Virus record (IMG/VR): IMGVR_UViG_3300037722_000889
Span: 14,683-78,682 of that record
From: a virus
Lineage: Duplodnaviria; Caudoviricetes
Strand: one strand, 5' to 3'
Length of the DNA stretch: 64,000 nucleotides
In this document: positions 63,750-64,000 of the stretch, piece by piece
Layout: every line of letters starts with the position of its first letter
Numbering within the stretch: position 1 is the first letter of the stretch
Translations under genes and position numbers: made by a program
The notes under the pieces: model-generated
Told to the model about the DNA's origin: nothing
What the model saw: only the letters and a program-made list of their open reading frames with translations
Databases searched by the model: none

Positions 63750-63873
63750 GCTGATCTCCTCGTTGAGACACTCCGAAAATTCTGGTGTGTGACGCTACAA
63801 AACAAGCCCTTACTGGCACCTAGTTCCGAAAATAATCCACCCTATGTTGTTGATGCACTTCATTTCAGCGGGT

Positions 63874-63919
63874 GATTGCAAATCCGTGTACCTCGGTTCG
63901 ACTCCGGGCTCGGCCTCCA
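63874..63919 (+). other. 3' half of tRNA-Cys(GCA), probable att core (attP or attR)
   Basis: GATTGCAAATCCGTGTACCTCGGTTCGACTCCGGGCTCGGCCTCCA gives anticodon loop, T arm and acceptor 3' strand with CCA; the matching 5' acceptor strand (GGCCGAG) and D arm are absent upstream. Confidence 0.8.
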
Positions 63920-64000
63920 TATTCCCCGCAATACCACCATGATTTCCATGCGCACACGCCCTTGATTTCGGGTAAAGTCTTCCTGTCGCTCGCTGCTGCA

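Noticed and set aside
63845-63919. Intact tRNA-Cys gene
   Set aside because: The 5' acceptor strand GGCCGAG and D arm are missing and the anticodon stem is only partly paired; treated as an att fragment.

Overview
This window is about 64 kb of a GC-rich, lambda-like long-tailed (siphovirus-type) phage or prophage, probably of a proteobacterial host; family calls below are from motif recognition, not database searches. (1) <1-25.6 kb is a leftward-transcribed arm of about 60 mostly small genes, including a Gp88-like protein, a CsrA-domain fusion, a FliA-like sigma factor, an XRE HTH, a C5 DNA methyltransferase, Nmad5, ArdB/KlcA antirestriction and RadC/JAB proteins. From 4 to 25.7 kb its gene junctions are punctuated by 17 copies of the perfect palindrome CTGACATGTCAG and 10 copies of a second palindrome, TCTAG-N3-CTAGA, typically placed between a stop codon and a conserved extended ribosome-binding site. 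One gene is flanked by reciprocal chimeric versions of the first repeat, the pattern expected from cassette integration. (2) 22.2-26.3 kb is a gene-poor control region with a ~200-bp-arm inverted repeat, twin promoter/operator units, candidate small RNAs, an operator pair and five IHF-consensus sites (likely cos/packaging region). (3) 26.5-58.3 kb is a rightward virion and lysis module: TerS, a tailspike-like insert, TerL, portal, S49 protease, decoration protein, capsid, neck, tail tube, a 2134-aa tape measure, M-L-K-I-J tail tip, fibre-related genes, endolysin, holin, spanins and an HTH-metallophosphoesterase. (4) 58.3-63.75 kb is a leftward arm with an Mre11/Rad50 (SbcD/SbcC)-like pair, followed by the 3' half of a tRNA-Cys that looks like an att core. 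No integrase, DNA polymerase, CRISPR array or rRNA is visible in the window.
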